Shown here one piece after another: positions 1-12,945 of a stretch of DNA of 64,000 bases (its first letter is position 1; each line of letters starts with the position of its first letter). Below the pieces are notes generated by a model that was not told the DNA's origin, ran no database searches, and was given only the letters and a program-made list of their open reading frames with translations. The DNA comes from Takakia lepidozioides (Eukaryota; Plantae; Bryophyta). A program made the translations under genes and the position numbers. Where the stretch lies: contig CM060731.1 of the NCBI GenBank assembly GCA_030704615.1, positions 19,158,001 to 19,222,000 of the forward strand, read 5' to 3'.

Positions 1-1164
1 GCATTGTCGTCTTGATGGTACAGGAGACACAGTATGCCGTGTTTGGAAGGGGTTACTATGATGTCTGGAATTCCTCAAAGCCACATGAAAACCCCAGAAA
101 ATGGACCTGTTCAGTGTCTTGTAGGAAACAGCAAGCTTATACCTTCTCTGGAGTCAACGGCGGCTGCTTAGGAGTGAACAGGGCGCCCTGCAGAACAAAA
201 AAATCACAGTCCATCACCCACCTGACACCCACTTCCATGGTCATAGCAACATTTTCAAGAGCTGACAAATGGCTAATAGTTTCCAATCTTAGTAAGGAAT
301 GATAACTAGAAGGATGAACCTCAAAGTGTGAAGCAAGAAAATGGTGCAATAAACTAGACCTACGTGCTCTTACACCTGTGAGATAATAATGCTCGGAAGC
401 ACACATCACCCTCTCGATTCTTTCTGTGGATTTTGGAGAAAATGTTGAAGTCCCCGCAGCATGGACAATGCTAATCACCACTACCTTGCAGCTTGGCCAA
501 AAAGGAAGTGTGGAAGGGCCTCAGCCGTTGCATGAGACTCACGAGAGAGTACCAGCGGAAAGTACAAACTAATTATCAAAGCCAGTGTTCAAATTCTGTT
601 GACTTTGTCAACCTACGGAAGGCGAGACCAGTACAATTGTCCAGAAAGTCCGATATTTTGCTGGAATGACAATGTGCAAATACTCTGCGGGAGTGACATG
701 GCTCGGAACCTTATCGCATTGCTCAGTGACAAAGCATCCAGGGAAGCCTCAAATGCGCTGCACCGCCATCGTGTCTATCAGGGAGGTGTCGTGTCTTGTC
801 AAACAGGCCCATGTGAGATCGATATCCAACGTATTTACATAGGTTTTACCCGCAATGCATGCTCATCAAACATGTAACAAACATTTCTTGACAACTTACG
901 CACTCCCCCACTCTCATTTTAATACACATGGGCACTGAACAAAGAAAAGAAAGCAGGACAGATGGTACCAAGGGAAAGAACGTGCAAATTCGAAATCTTT
1001 ACTCCAGGAGGAGAATGAGGAATGGTAGGGAGGATTACAAGCACGAGTTTCGAGAATCTCAAACGGAATAGCAAGCGCTCGACAGCAGGTGAATCGACGA
1101 GTAGCGCAGCATCCAACAGCAACCCACCAACCTCTACCTCTCGCACACCAGCCTCAGCCGCCAT
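1..1164 (-). CDS. ITPK4: 5' exons of a multi-exon gene, probably inositol-1,3,4-trisphosphate 5/6-kinase 4-like (N-terminal HAD-like domain); runs off the window start
   Basis: ATG at 1164 gives MAAEAGVREVEVGGLLLDAALLVDSPAVERLLFRLRFSKL, resembling the plant ITPK4 N-terminus (GVLLDESVL...LLRLLRYS). Several GT-AG-bounded segments follow (e.g. GALFTPKQPPLTPEK at ~143-187). Downstream exon phasing was not resolved. Confidence 0.45.
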
Positions 1165-2765
1165 GTCAATTGCTCCGATGGGTGCTGTGTCACTCTGATG
1201 TTCTTTGCTAGAACTTTGCAGCAAGACGATGGATAGATACAAGAGATCACCGACACACTGGAGCTGTTATATATCCGAGCCACGTCACTCACACCTGTCG
1301 CTGCATCACTTGCCTCCAATTGTCGCTATTTTCACTACAACATTGCTGTTTCTTAGATGCTTCAAAGTTCAAGAGGCGGCGGGTTCGAACGTTCGAACTC
1401 ACAATAGAGATTCGCTTGCGTGGCATGGAGATGCAAGACTGAAACCCTGGAGAATCTGCCAAACAGATCCAAACTCTTGATGGGTTCTGCCTGCCATTCA
1501 ATCTATCCAAGCTACTGTAGTCAACACAAAACTGTTCTCTTTATCGTTTTCAGGGACGATGAAGGGGCTCAAAAACACAGTTTTCGCAGCAAAAATTATA
1601 AACTGGAAGTTACCAGGAAACAAACACTCTGAACTTGGGAAAGAATTGAACAGAACAATGCCAAAGAGTAAGAAGACAGAAACGACGAAGCAAAGTCGTC
1701 CAACTTAGTTGTAGATAGTGTGCAAAAAGTCAAATGCATCTTATTACTTTCATAATCAGAAATTGTTATAGCAAGAATGCCTATCCAGAAGGGCCATTGC
1801 TGTGGATAGGTCTGCCTGCCAGCGGTCGCCATGGATCTAGCAGGCCTGCACCAAGCTTCGGCAGGGACCGTCTGCAAGCTTGCAGTGTGTGGTGCGCCAC
1901 ATGCTTTCCTTTCCTGTGATGGCAGAGTGAAAGAACAACATAATTGGATATATATTCGGTGATATAGCTTGAGTGCTGCGGAAATCAGCACGGTAGAACT
2001 CTGGCGGAGAAGCCCTTCAGAAACTCATAAAGGATTGGATTATCCGCGCAATGTGGCTGTAATGCAGGGCCTCAAACTGACATTTGTGCTTTTCGGAATC
2101 CTTGTTTGTTAAGCATCTCTATTCTCTCAAGAGAGGGTAATATGTGAATGTACTCAAGTGTTGAAGAGAAAATGGTGTCATTCAGGCTTCGAATGCTTCT
2201 AGTTTTGCAGACTCTTAGAGGTCGGAAAGCACAAATTTTTAGACAGAGGATTCCTGGGTTTATTAGGTCAAAGGAGGGCATGGGATTTGGATTAAGTTCA
2301 ATTTTTTTCTGGTGATCATCCTTTTCTCCCAAGTTCTTGTGGTGCGTTCTGATAAGCACTGTGTTGGTGTCATTCATTTTTCACCTCTCTGTCCTTCATG
2401 TCGTCTCCTCTTTTGTGCCTGGCATGCTGCAATGAACAGACTATTTGTTTGGTTTCATTACATGCCAAATTCCAGTAGGTCTACTTCAAGTTCGCAAGGT
2501 GGGTTTCTTCTTGCCATCTTTTTGTCGGTAGTCAGTATTTGATTCACACTTCCAGTGTTTTACTCGCCCGTTATCAACGCCTGATGTTGAAAGTCCTGTA
2601 TATTTGCAAGGGCCATCTGAACTGTGAAGACTCCATCAATAACCATCTTTCTATGCACGGCAGGATGTCCTGGATGTCCTGCCTAGGCAATTATGTTTAA
2701 GTGTAAATGGAGGAGGAGTTGCCATTGCAGGGCTGACCCAGGTGTAGAATGTTGGTGTGTGGGTA

Positions 2766-5700
2766 ATGGGTCGGGCAGCAAAAAAGGATGCTGTGCAGCA
2801 AGGCCCTTTCCCCCGGTCAACTGTAAGTCCCATTTTCTGCGCACTTTTCTCTTGAATTCTGGTCATCAAGCTGTCTGTCTAACTGTATAGGAGCAGGTAG
2901 ATAAGCTGATTAAGGTATTTTAGATGGTGGCTGGTCCAAAGCTTGAAGTGTGATGAGTGTTTGGTAATGGTGCAGAGAGCATTCCCCATGCGTGTAGTTA
3001 CAGTTGGCAAGGGCCGCAGCAATGCTATGCAGAGTGTTGCGCTTGATTACATTCAAAAAATTCAACGGTATTGCAGTTTTGAGGAGGTGCAACTTCGCCC
3101 CAACCCCAAGAACACCAGGCATGGCTTAGCACCTCCCTCGTTCCATTTGCTCATTCTTGTTGTCTTTCTGTCTGGCTTACTTGACCCACCTACTCTAGTT
3201 CGTGGAGCATCTCCAATTTTCTGGCGGTGGTGAAGACTACTTGTTTAAGGAGTGTTGTCTACAGGTAGTTGTACTGCGATGGTTAGGGAATGCAACAACC
3301 AGTAAGAGTTGCAAAGGGGTGCATAGTGGGTCAAAAGTAATCTTCCGAGGGGCTGGTTATTTTATAAGTATTTTCTGTCATAGTCATCTGTAATTGACAT
3401 CTGATGAGCTGCATGGTGGGTGGGCAGCGATGTGAGCATGCAGGTGACCACCGAGGGTGAACGAGTCCTGCGTACCTTAGCTGTTAAGGACTGGGTACTC
3501 CTGCTGAGCTCTTGTAGCAAGTAGAGGAGGTGAAGTCGTAAGGATTTCTTGTCTGTCATCTATGCATCATTGTTTTGAAGCAGTGTGGATTGATGTGCAA
3601 GAATGCTTTGTAGAGAGATGTGTGGTTATTATCAGTCAACTGCCGATGATGGTACGAGGACTTTAAGATGTGGTCTCTTTCTTCATTTGTCTCTCGAAGC
3701 ACCCTTCAACGCAGGGGTGGAAGAGAGGTTCCTCATCGTTCAAATTGTGTTGACAGTGGTTTCTCTGACTGAGCCAAATACGGAGGGATACGTTGTTGTT
3801 GATCAAGCTGTGTTTTTCGGTGTGATTCATGAGTTGAAACCAGGGTTGATCGGTTTCCTGTTTGGTCCAGCATGTGCTCCAACTTAGTTGCTGGTGTTCG
3901 GCAGGTGGTGCTTTTGGATGAGCGAGGGAAAGAACTTACATCGGAACAATTTGCATCTTTAATCGCAGATGCGGGAGATACTGTGGGTGGTCATTGCAAA
4001 AGTTCTATGGACCTCCTTGTTGACGTCTACTAGGTAGCATTTCTGTTGATTATAGTTGTTTGGGCATGCTTCGTTGTAGTGATGGTCTTGAAGTGTGTAG
4101 CTTGCATTCTCACCCAGATGGAAAACCCTTTTCCTTCCTATTTGTGCCATCTTCCTCTTCTTTTCTTGGTCTTCTTCCCCAGCTGTACATTTGGTTGATG
4201 TGTGCAGGGTGCTTCTGCAGTAGTATTTTGCATAGGAGGACCATATGGGCATGGACCGCAGGTACGAACACGTGCAAATGTTAGTGTGAGGCTCTCTGCC
4301 ATGGTGCTGAACCACCAATTGGCACTGCTTGTGTTGCTTGAGCAGATTTACAGGTATTACTCGCTTCTTTCACATCTTTCACTTTTCATCAACGCTGCCA
4401 CTACTTTAAAATTCAGTCAAATAAATGCATGACTCTCACAGACACAAACCTTGGGAGGATGTAACAGAGAGAAGCGCTCATTGAGGGTTCCCTGTGAACG
4501 TTTTCTATGATGTACACTTGAGGGGATTAAATACGTCCCAGAGCAGCAAGAGCTTGATTCTTGCTGTTGCTATCAGTAGCTTATGTTTACTTTGTTAGCA
4601 TGGCATGGAAGTAGGTTGGTGGGGCAAGAAGGGAAGAGAATATGAGAACATTGGAGAAGATCAGAATAGGGTCCACTGCCATCACAGAAAGCTTTCTCCA
4701 ATAGTTCTAATCTTCATGAATCGAAGTTGATTCTCACCTCCCAGATCTCAAGGAAGCTTTACCAAATCAGGAATTTCAGACCAAAGGAGTCCCACAGCAT
4801 TGCCATGAGTTCGACTTTCTCAAATCAATAACAAGCCAGGAAGTGTTGTGATATGTTCTAAGATGTGGTTTGATTGCGCTGCATATGCAAGACAGAGAGA
4901 GAGAGAATGTACTCATAAGACAGCCTTGTGGCCATAGACCTGTGCCCAGTTTGGGCGGGACAAAAGGGAACACTACCTTTGTGAAGGGCTCACTCCAGTA
5001 GTGGGACTTACCTTGATATTAACAATTACTTGGGGCTTTCCAGATTTCCTCTAGAAAGCCCTTCACACAAGCATCAATCTGATGCATGTGAGCTGCCCAA
5101 CAATTAGACCCCAACAGGGCCAGGGCTTTAAGGTCAGCCTCAAGGTTTTGAAAGTTAGTGGAACGGAGGTGCAGGGATTATGTTCTTGATGGTCCTGAAG
5201 AGTATCGATCTCTGATGAGAATACCAGAGACATTGTATCAGAAATTGGATACTGTCTTCAGGCTGCCCGCACATCGGGCATTGACTATCTCCCTTTGCAT
5301 CTGTTTATTATTCAAAGGTAGACTCCACCCTGGCTTTAAATTTCAGTGGAGTGCCAAGGGTAGGTAGAGAGAGAGAATGTGTTCATGAGACGTTTTCTGT
5401 AGCCTTGTGGCCATAGACCCTGTGCCCAGTTTGGGTAAAACAAGAGGGAATGGACACTACCTTTGTTAGGGGCTCACTTTGATAGTGGGACTTCCCTTGG
5501 TATAAATAATTGGTTCGAGCTTTTCCGATTTCCTCTAGAAAGCCCTTCACACAAGCATCAATCTGATGTGTGTGAGGTGCCCAGCAATTAGACCCCAACA
5601 GGGCCAGGGCTTTAGGCTCAGCCTCAACATTTTGAAAGTTGGTGAACAGAGGTGCAGGGACTATGTTCTTGATGGTCCTGAGGAGGGTCGCTCTCTGATG

Positions 5701-6059
5701 AGAATGCCCCAGACATTGTATCAGAAAATGGATATTGTCTTCAGGCTGGGGCATTGACAATCTCCCTTTTCCTCTCCACATCTGTTTATTGCTCAAAGGT
5801 AGACTCCACACCGTGAGTTCAAGTTAGGGAAGGTAGGCCCTTCAGATCATCCTTAAGGTGCTCACCCATTTCACAAACTGGAACAAGTTCAGGGAATTTT
5901 ATGCCTTTTTGTTGTAGAGAGAGAAGATACACATGACACGTAGCCTTGTTGCCATACACCCCGCGCCCAGTTTGGTGTTGGATTTTTAACACGGGGGTTG
6001 GGGGTCCTGTGTCTTGCAGAGCCTGGACAATTCTTCGAGGAGAAAATTATCACCACTAG
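2766..6059 (+). CDS. rlmH: RlmH/YbeA-family SPOUT RNA methyltransferase (At5g10620-like), 6 exons: ~2766-2822, 2976-3118, 3427-3495, 3905-3982, 4208-4352, 6020-6059
   Basis: Spliced translation reads RAFPMRVVTVGK...YIQKIQRY...WVVLLDERGKELTSEQFA...FCIGGPYGHG...[33 protein letters not shown], the RlmH signature. The start codon is inferred. Confidence 0.93.
4890..5975 (-). mobile_element. Two ~450-bp copies plus one short copy of a 5'-truncated LINE 3' end or LINE-derived SINE with a (CT)n tail, inside RlmH intron 5
   Basis: Direct repeats at ~4890-5330, ~5365-5810 and ~5915-5975. The minus-strand ORF PEDNIHFLIQC..HSHQR resembles the C-terminal CCHC region of LINE ORF2. Each copy ends in a GA/CT microsatellite. 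The same family occurs at 57090-57775. Confidence 0.7.
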
Positions 6060-7184
6060 ACAGGTCAAGGCTTCAGTTTTTTGAAATGGCTACAAGACTT
6101 TAGGAAGGAGTGAGCATCTTCCACTAGTTTATCAAGTTCTATGTTAGCCCTTTCTCTCCATGGAAAACCCAAAGCATGACAACTCGCAGAATTTAGACGA
6201 CAGCTGGAAGAAAGGAGACACTTTGGTGTTTGAAGGTTTAATATGTTTTCAATTTCCTTTTACCCCTATCCTTCTGAAGCTTTCAGCAAGTGGTATTGTT
6301 CCTGTCTAGGCGACTCATGCACTTCTTTTTTCAGAACCTGTTAATCATATGAAACAGGGACATTGAAGGCCGTGAAAATGTTTTATACTACAAATAGGAG
6401 AACTGAAGCTTTTCATGCCTAGGAATTTCAAGATTTGGGAGCTATTCAGTTTTACAACTGACCCATTTTGCATGGACATACAATTGGTTTCACCTGGAAG
6501 AATATTTGGCTCTGAATCCTATGGGTCTGGGCCTGCAGAACTGTCAAAACTGTGGAGACTAGGTAAAATTGGAGAAGGCAGGACTTGCTCTCATTGTGCA
6601 TCCAGGAATAGAACTTGTTGTGACGAGGAGAGCCGAGCACGGCCGCCATGAAAGCAGCGTAAAGAGTAGGCGGGACCCATAAAGAATGGAATAACCTCGT
6701 GCCTAAACTTGCTCGATATCGTTTTACGCCACTTGCACGCAAGTATGTACGTCACTAGCAACCACCGGGTGACTCATGGGATCTTCCCTGCGCTGTCATC
6801 TCCATTTTCTTCCTACACTCTTGCCCCCCACGGCTCCTCTCCGAGGTCAATACACGCCTCTCACTCCACCCATTTGCGCAACCAAGTGACAAATATGTTC
6901 GGTGGAGCACCCACATACAAGCGCTCGGTTTCACTGGGGATTCGAGCTCCTTATTTGAAGTTTCTAACCATCCTCTGATTTGTAAACTGCTGATGCATAG
7001 TGCGGACAGTTAGAATTGCAGTCAGTTACTGTAGAGCGGTGATCGCTTGTAGTACAAGTGTGCGACAATGGGTTAGAGCGTGACATGCAGCACTGTTAAG
7101 TACTACAGCGTATAGATTGATCGGTCGAGCCTGTGTATATATCTGCAGTGGTGTAGATCAGAGGGGGAAGGAGAGTGATCGTGT

Positions 7185-7210
7185 GAGAGAGAGAGAGAGA
7201 GAGAGAGAGA
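7185..7210 (+). repeat. (GA)n microsatellite directly upstream of the D27-like start codon
   Basis: About 13 GA units abut the ATG at 7210. Confidence 0.9.
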
Positions 7211-9316
7211 TGCATCAGCTAGGGGCATTGCAGGGTGGTACCGTCTTGCGCATCAGAAATTCAGTGGTGGGGCAGCGTGAACGTGTTCCGGCTGCAACAA
7301 TCCGGTGTGGATTAGCAGAGCCGTCGGGAAAGCCGGCGCCCATGGGCCAGAAATCTCGCTACCAGGACTCTTGGTTGGACTCTGCAATCATAAGCTACTT
7401 TGCGGGGCACATGCACCAAGTCACAGGTGCCTTATGCCTCTCTCTGTTAAGCCAGCCCGATCGGTCTTTCCCCTCGACAATTGAAGAGCATTCTCGTTTA
7501 ATACTCGTAGCTCCTGGTCCAGTACTTGAATGTCTCCGTCATCACTTCCATAAGATCTGGAGTGGATCACATGCTTGCGTTTTTTAGGACGGTGGAGTGT
7601 TTACAAGCTGGTTGTGTTTGAAATTATACGCTCTGAAGATGCTCACTATACAGTTGTATATGCTTACTGATCAGGACTGTCAACAAACCTAGAGGGTTAT
7701 GACGGGTTGGTCGACATATCGAGAAAGTTGGTGCAAAGTAGAACTCCTCCACTACAGCGACAGGTTACGCTCCAAGTGTTTCATTCGGCGGTACCTGCTT
7801 GGGTTCCCAAAGCTGTACTTTACCAACCCTCACATTTATAAATCTGCAGTCGTATTTGCTCGCTGCATGTATCGATTTCTGTGTGCATGTCCAGCACTCT
7901 ATTGGCCTCGAGATGGATCATGCATAAATTAGTTCGTTGTAGAGCGCCAGAGTACCAAGTTAACCAGTCTTGAATATTGCATCGTGGTATACCCTGCGCA
8001 ATCAAGAGAATCGTGAGCTCTTGTTTTGGGTAGGAAAAGACCACAACTCAGTGTCAGTGGTCCTGTCAGTTCCTGAGCTCAAATGCCAAAATGAAGTGCT
8101 TGATTGAATGAAGAGTTAATCGGTGCTCAATCGGTGGAGTAATGATGTATGATAAATCCAACTGCAGGTTCGGAAAATTTTCCCGCCATCAAAATGGACT
8201 GCTACTACTTTCGCCGCCTTCACGGTTCTGTTTCAGTGGCTTGTTGGACCCTGCGAGGTGTGTGGACATACAAACTCCTCAAATTTCTGAAGTTCATCAC
8301 AAGTTTGGATATTTGCCTATTCAACAACTCTCGAAAGAAAAGGTTATACCAGGTTCTTAGCTTACGATCTAGTTGGCTCTGCTTTTTCTTCTTTGATTTA
8401 TCCCAAACTTGAGCAATTTGGAAACTGGAGCAGGTGAAGGAAGTCGAAGTGCATGGGAGCATTCAGAAAAGTGCGGTGCTGATTAAGAAGTGCAGGTTAG
8501 CCCATGAGCTCCCAGAAAACCTCCAAATGTGTAACTCTTCCCTTATATTTCTGCCAGTTGCAAACTGAAAGGCAGTTTGTTGGCTAGCTGACGTTTTGTT
8601 TCACTTAGGTGCGATGTAAGTGAAAACAACATTAAGGTCTTGTAGGGGGGCCAGTCCTCTTGACTATGCGCGAATGGAACAGGCTTCTGGAGAGTAGCAA
8701 TTGTGTGGGGATGTGTGTCAACTTGTGTAAAATCCCCACACAGGAGTTCATCACACGTGAATTTGGTGTGCCTCTCACCATGACCCCCAGTACGTAACAT
8801 TGACCTCCAACCCAACATCCTCTACAACTTTGGCTCGTCTTCTATTGAGAATAATAGCATAGTTACGGATTGCATGAATTGTTGTGTGAGGGAAGCTGAG
8901 ATCATGCGAGTGCTGGCTATTCATTGCAGACTACCAGGACATGAGCTGTGAGATGGTGTATGGGCAGTTACCACCGCTTCTGGACGAGGACCTTGCATTC
9001 AAGCAGCCCTGTTACGCTACACTATGTCAGTAATCCTGAACAACACACGTTCACTTTTTTCCTTGTGTGTGCGTTTCACATTTGTATTTTAGGGACAGTT
9101 CTCAGGTGTGAAGTATGTAGGTGTGAGGCACCAAGGTACGTACTGTACATGAAAGAAAGTGCACATGCTGTCAGTATACCTGCTAATATGTACGAGGGCG
9201 GGTTCTCAGGTGCTACAGCACAGCAGAAGGCAAAGAGTTGTCCGAAAACTCCGTCCGCGTCAACATCTCTCTCTGCTTTGCAACTGCAGGAAGACGAATG
9301 CATGAAAGCAGAATAG
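7210..9316 (+). CDS. D27L1: Beta-carotene isomerase DWARF27-like protein (D27-like1/At1g64680 type, DUF4033), likely plastid-targeted; 7 exons: 7210-7426, 7675-7813, 8168-8257, 8434-8495, 8683-8788, 8930-9025, 9210-9316
   Basis: Spliced motifs [84 protein letters not shown].PP and QPC, with canonical splice sites. Confidence 0.93.
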
Positions 9317-12227
9317 TAGAGGTTACAGAAGCTGCTCTGCTCTGAGAAATTGCTCGCCACCATCATCTCCAGCTCCTATGACTGACAAAAAGATACTAGC
9401 ACTTACACTTGCTGCAATCATGTCCATAGGTACATGTGTATATCTACACACATGCATTAACTTCACTTTAAAATGAATTATTACTAATGTTACAAACATT
9501 CATATTCTTGCTTTCAACAGCCACGCTTTGGAACAAATAAAGTTGAAGTTAAGGTTATTCTATGCATACATCTTTACCGGATCTACATATGCTCTGCCAA
9601 TATTCTCAGTACACAAAATTCGGACAAATTTAATCAATCTCTAGTAAACAACGCAGACCAGAAATTGGAAACTAACCAACTTCTATTCATGTGCACAAAA
9701 CCTCACTCCAGCATAGGCTATTAGTGTAATGCTCACAAATCAACTTCACAAACCATCCGGTTTAAAATTGCGCTATTCGCGCACAAGTTGCTGAACAATT
9801 ATTGGAATTTAAGAAGCAAGTTTACCACAGAAACATGACCTGCGGAACACCGCCAGGACAAAATTTGTTGTGCCAAACCACCATTACATTGTGCGGTCAA
9901 GTGTGTAACCCCCATAGTCAGAACCTGAGCTACACCTTGTCAATCTGCATAGTACAAATCTACAGTACGTACAATCATGCCAGCACAAGAAATCTTGTAC
10001 AAATGCCTGCAAGGCTGTTCCATGGATCCAGAAAAGGCGAGTACAAACAGTCTTGTACTTGACCTTCAAGCTGCTCTCAGGATCCATGCTCATTCAGTTC
10101 CCTTGGCAACAGCAGCAGAGAATATCAAGACAGTACTCGCACGACTCGTAGCAACAGAAGCAGCAGCACAATGTGAAGGCGCTGTACACGAACGCACAAA
10201 GAGAAGGATTAATTCGTCACCTGAAAAACAACTCAATTCAATCCTGCACTACTATAGGTGTCACGGTACAGTTCTAAACACGCCCTATATAACCTCCTGC
10301 GTTTCTGCCGTAGGTTCAACACTCCTCACAACCTCAGATACACACTGTACATGCCCTCAAAACACATGGAAGATAGTGATGGTGCGCACTTCCAACCATT
10401 GAACTCAACTACTCTGATACACACATTAAAGACGAGAGTACGACTAGTTGCAAACGTACCATGCATACAAACAGCCTTTTTCGTCTTTACGCTTCTGAAT
10501 ATGGTCGCCAACGCCCATCTGCTGTCCATCAGGAGCATACATTTTCGCTTCTGCGCAACACACAACAGTCGAAGTCAAGAGAGCACAAATGATACGAAGA
10601 TACGTGTCTGAGTAGACAACGAATGCTCTGTGAACTGAGTGTGGAAGCAAGGAGCGTATAGCGAAGAACTTAGCAGTGTAACCACGGTAACAACCACATT
10701 GATAAGGGACTAACACATACTACAACTCAAGTGATCACTCTTCACATCCAGTAAGACAACCTAAGGCAGGTGGCGACTCACGGCTCGACAAACAAACTGA
10801 AATGCTACCCCGACTGACTCAATCAGAGAGACAATGAAACTTCTCGGTAGACAGGGCTACTGGCAAACCGTCTCTACACTCCTGGTCGAGAAATCGTCAT
10901 CGGGCAAAAAGGCAGCACTTGTAGCACGAAACTTGGAAGCAAAGACGAAAGCACATAAGAACAGACACACATACTAGTGGTGACTCTTCACAACCAGCAA
11001 GAAAGAGAGGATCGGCGACCGCAACTCAACTCGTATTACTACACACAGATTGAAACTCTAGCTGATAATCCACACTAGCGAGGTATTTAAACTTCACAAC
11101 TTAGAGCGACTGCAACAAACCAAAACCAAGACGAGCATACCAGCTGGACGAAAACGGAGCAACAAAAGATAAGGCAGACCGCTTCTCGCAGTACAATAAC
11201 CAAACTGAGAGATACGGGGGACAACTCGTTTTGATTTTGAAGGGAAAAAAACACATACGACCACACCGCATTCGACAAGAGGTGGTGAAGTAGAGAAACT
11301 CAATGAAACAAGCTCAAGTAAACAATCCTGCAAGATGAATGCATTACCTGGCAGCGCAAGACGAGGACTCACACAGACACGAACTTCCGAAGAGGAGCAC
11401 GAGAGACGACTGGAGGGAGAGCAGTCTGCAGCGAGGATGTGCTGGTCCATGCCTCGCACGAATCTTCGGAATATGCGGTGACGGCTCGACCGCACGATGC
11501 GCTGCAGCGACCGACGAGATGCAGGGCCCCCAGCGCATGCGCCAGCTGTCACGGCACGTGTCTCGAGAAGGTCGGTGTTGGTGCCGGCAGTACCTCCCGA
11601 GCTCCATCTGCCAGCTCATCAATGAGACGCGTTTCCATTCGTTGGATCGACTATCCAGTGGCTGGATGATGAGACGGGGGAACCTTTTCATCGAACACCG
11701 AACTTTCATCCGTCACCGACCACACTATTATATTATTACACTTGGACTTACTCGTCGTATCCAAGACTGGCGTTTGGAACTGCGGATTGTGTCAAATTTG
11801 TTTTGTGTTTCGGGGAAAGGGGCAGATTGGAGCCCGGAATTGAGTAAGAAAAAAAGTAGCCAAATATAAGCTGTCGCTCCCAGCATACGTGGCCCAGAGA
11901 TTTTGTCTTACCCAGCTCGCGATGCCGCCAGAGCGGACGTGTAGGCGATGCAATCGAGGTCATGCTTTTCCGCTGCCCCGGCCTGCTCAAGACTCTAAAA
12001 TTGGGTCCATTATTATATCCTGCCCACAAGGAATCTTTAGCCAGTGCAAGCAAGATATATACAGTCAAACGTGGATAAATGTTATGCTCCACTGAGAGTA
12101 GGAACTCTATAACAATTAGGCAGTTATATCAAATAACAGTAAAACAGGTTGAAATTACACAACGTAACAATTAGAAATTTAACATTAAAACAGGTCCTTC
12201 AGATGCAAAATAACATTTAGAGAGAGG

Positions 12228-12525
12228 GCAAAAAAAATAGACGAATGTCTCTGTGCCGGCAGTTTGTCTGCTTAGCAAGATGCAATTCCTTCTCCATGGA
12301 TAAACACTTTGAAAGAGCATCACCAATATCGTAAGCTTGTTGTGCAAGATACAAATGAACGGTTTCTATAGCCCTTTTGACCTCGGAGTAAGAGACTCAA
12401 GGTAGATCGAGGGGTACTAATTCTTCTTCATCGTCCTCATGCATTTCTTCACTTGGTGCAACCATATCCCATATTTCTTCATCTGTCGGCTCAAATGGCA
12501 CAATGGTAGCACCGATGCTTCCTCT
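12228..12525 (-). pseudogene. C-terminal remnant of a pogo-like transposase
   Basis: Reads PTDEEIWDMV...EDDEEE...*VSYSEVKRAIETVHLYL...RHRDIRLFF, matching the acidic tail and terminal I..FF typical of pogo/Tigger proteins. Contains an internal stop. Confidence 0.65.
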
Positions 12526-12945
12526 CTTCTTCACACATACACTCATAGTATCTCAGTAGCATTGAAGGTGTCATCACATAGTGCTTAACATACTCTTCTC
12601 TATGTTCCCGTAAACATTCGAAGTACCCTACCAGGAGGTTCTTGAGTTCCGTGGAGGCCCCCCAAACCCTAACAAGCGGCGGCGGTTAGGGTTCTCCTTG
12701 CCATCTCAATAGTTCAAATGGGAAGATAAGAGGAAATATGTAAGAACTTATGCAAAGCGCGTCAGGACGGTCCAGCCCTGACACCAGTACAGCCGGTTCT
12801 TCGCATCCGGCAGACATCGAAAGGCAGCCGGCTGGGCTCGGTCATCCCTCCCACCCCAGCCCTCATCCCATCGGCGTCGTCGCCCCCTGCGTCGTCGTTC
12901 TGCGACACCAGTCCGCCGCTTCTTCCAGCAGTCCGCCAGTTCCCT

